Shown here: positions 63,567-64,000 of the stretch, in pieces
Layout of the letters: every line of letters starts with the position of its first letter
How positions within the stretch are numbered: position 1 is the first letter of the stretch
Assembly (NCBI GenBank): GCA_963702435.1
Contig: CAVPCR010000002.1
Location: 480,001 to 544,000, forward strand
Length of the DNA stretch: 64,000 bases
Source of the DNA: Candidatus Eiseniibacteriota bacterium
GTDB lineage: Bacteria > Eisenbacteria > RBG-16-71-46 > CAVPCR01
Direction of reading: 5' to 3'
The notes under the pieces: generated by a model
The model's input: only the letters and a program-made list of their open reading frames with translations
What the model was told of the DNA's origin: nothing
The model's database searches: none
Made by a program: the position numbers and the translations under genes

Positions 63567-64000
63567 ATGAACCGTCGGAAGTCGCTCCTGGCATTGCGCT
63601 GGGTGGCCAGCGCAACCCTCGCGCTCCTCCTCCTCTACAGCCGTCCCTTCCCGCTCTCCCTCGACAGCCCGGACCTCCACGCCTGGGGCGTCTGTCTCGC
63701 CCTCATCGTCTCGAACCTGGCCCTCCACTTCGTGCCGCGGGAGGTCTTCCGGCGCCAGGCCTTCCACTTCCTCCTCTTCGTGCTCGATCTCGTGCTGGTG
63801 TCGGTCGCGGTCTACCAGGCCGACGCCTCCGGGATGGCGTTCCTCGTCGTCCTCATGCTCTGCATCCTGTCGGGGGCAGTGACCGGGGATGCGCGGGCGA
63901 GCTTCGTGTTCGCGCTCTTCGCGGGCCTCTTCTACCTGGCCCAGCTCCGGATCTCGTTGCCGACCATGGCTGTGCTCCTCGATCCGGGCACCCTCCTCCG
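63567..64000 (+). CDS. multi-pass membrane protein (partial; resembles a sensor/signalling N-terminal domain)
   Basis: ATG after GGAGG; MNRRKSLLALRWVA... several TM helices; ORF runs off the window. Confidence 0.6.
   Translation, partial: MNRRKSLLALRWVASATLALLLLYSRPFPLSLDSPDLHAWGVCLALIVSNLALHFVPREVFRRQAFHFLLFVLDLVLVSVAVYQADASGMAFLVVLMLCILSGAVTGDARASFVFALFAGLFYLAQLRISLPTMAVLLDPGTLL

Overview
Very GC-rich bacterial chromosomal segment; the gene repertoire (C-terminal FlgD-like sorting domain, TamB/Omp85, lipid A and heptosyl transferases) suggests a diderm FCB-group organism such as a Ca. Eisenbacteria-like lineage (inference). Most of the window is housekeeping DNA on the minus strand: lpxL-like, dprA, obgE, coaD, rsmD, aroK, uvrD/pcrA, tamB, Omp85, rseP-dxr-cdsA-uppS-frr-pyrH-tsf-rpsB, rpsI-rplM, mtnA-maf-dtd-relA/spoT, rnpB, RNase HI-like, two tRNAs, rpoD (locally frameshifted), dnaG, mutS2, cvpA, rpsU, rsmE-dnaJ-grpE, and glycosyltransferases. 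An accessory island (~9.7-21.1 kb) interrupts this. It carries a secreted duplicated beta-helix protein with sigma54 promoters, an inverted-topology histidine kinase with a sigma54 activator, a lipoprotein, two paralogous Cys-rich unknown proteins, and a dead BrnT/BrnA module. Its most unusual element is a sigma54-type promoter inside a bulged inverted repeat, directly upstream of an 8-copy non-coding array with a 29-bp core and ~93-bp period. A second candidate novelty is a promoter/terminator-bounded structured ncRNA at ~593-743.
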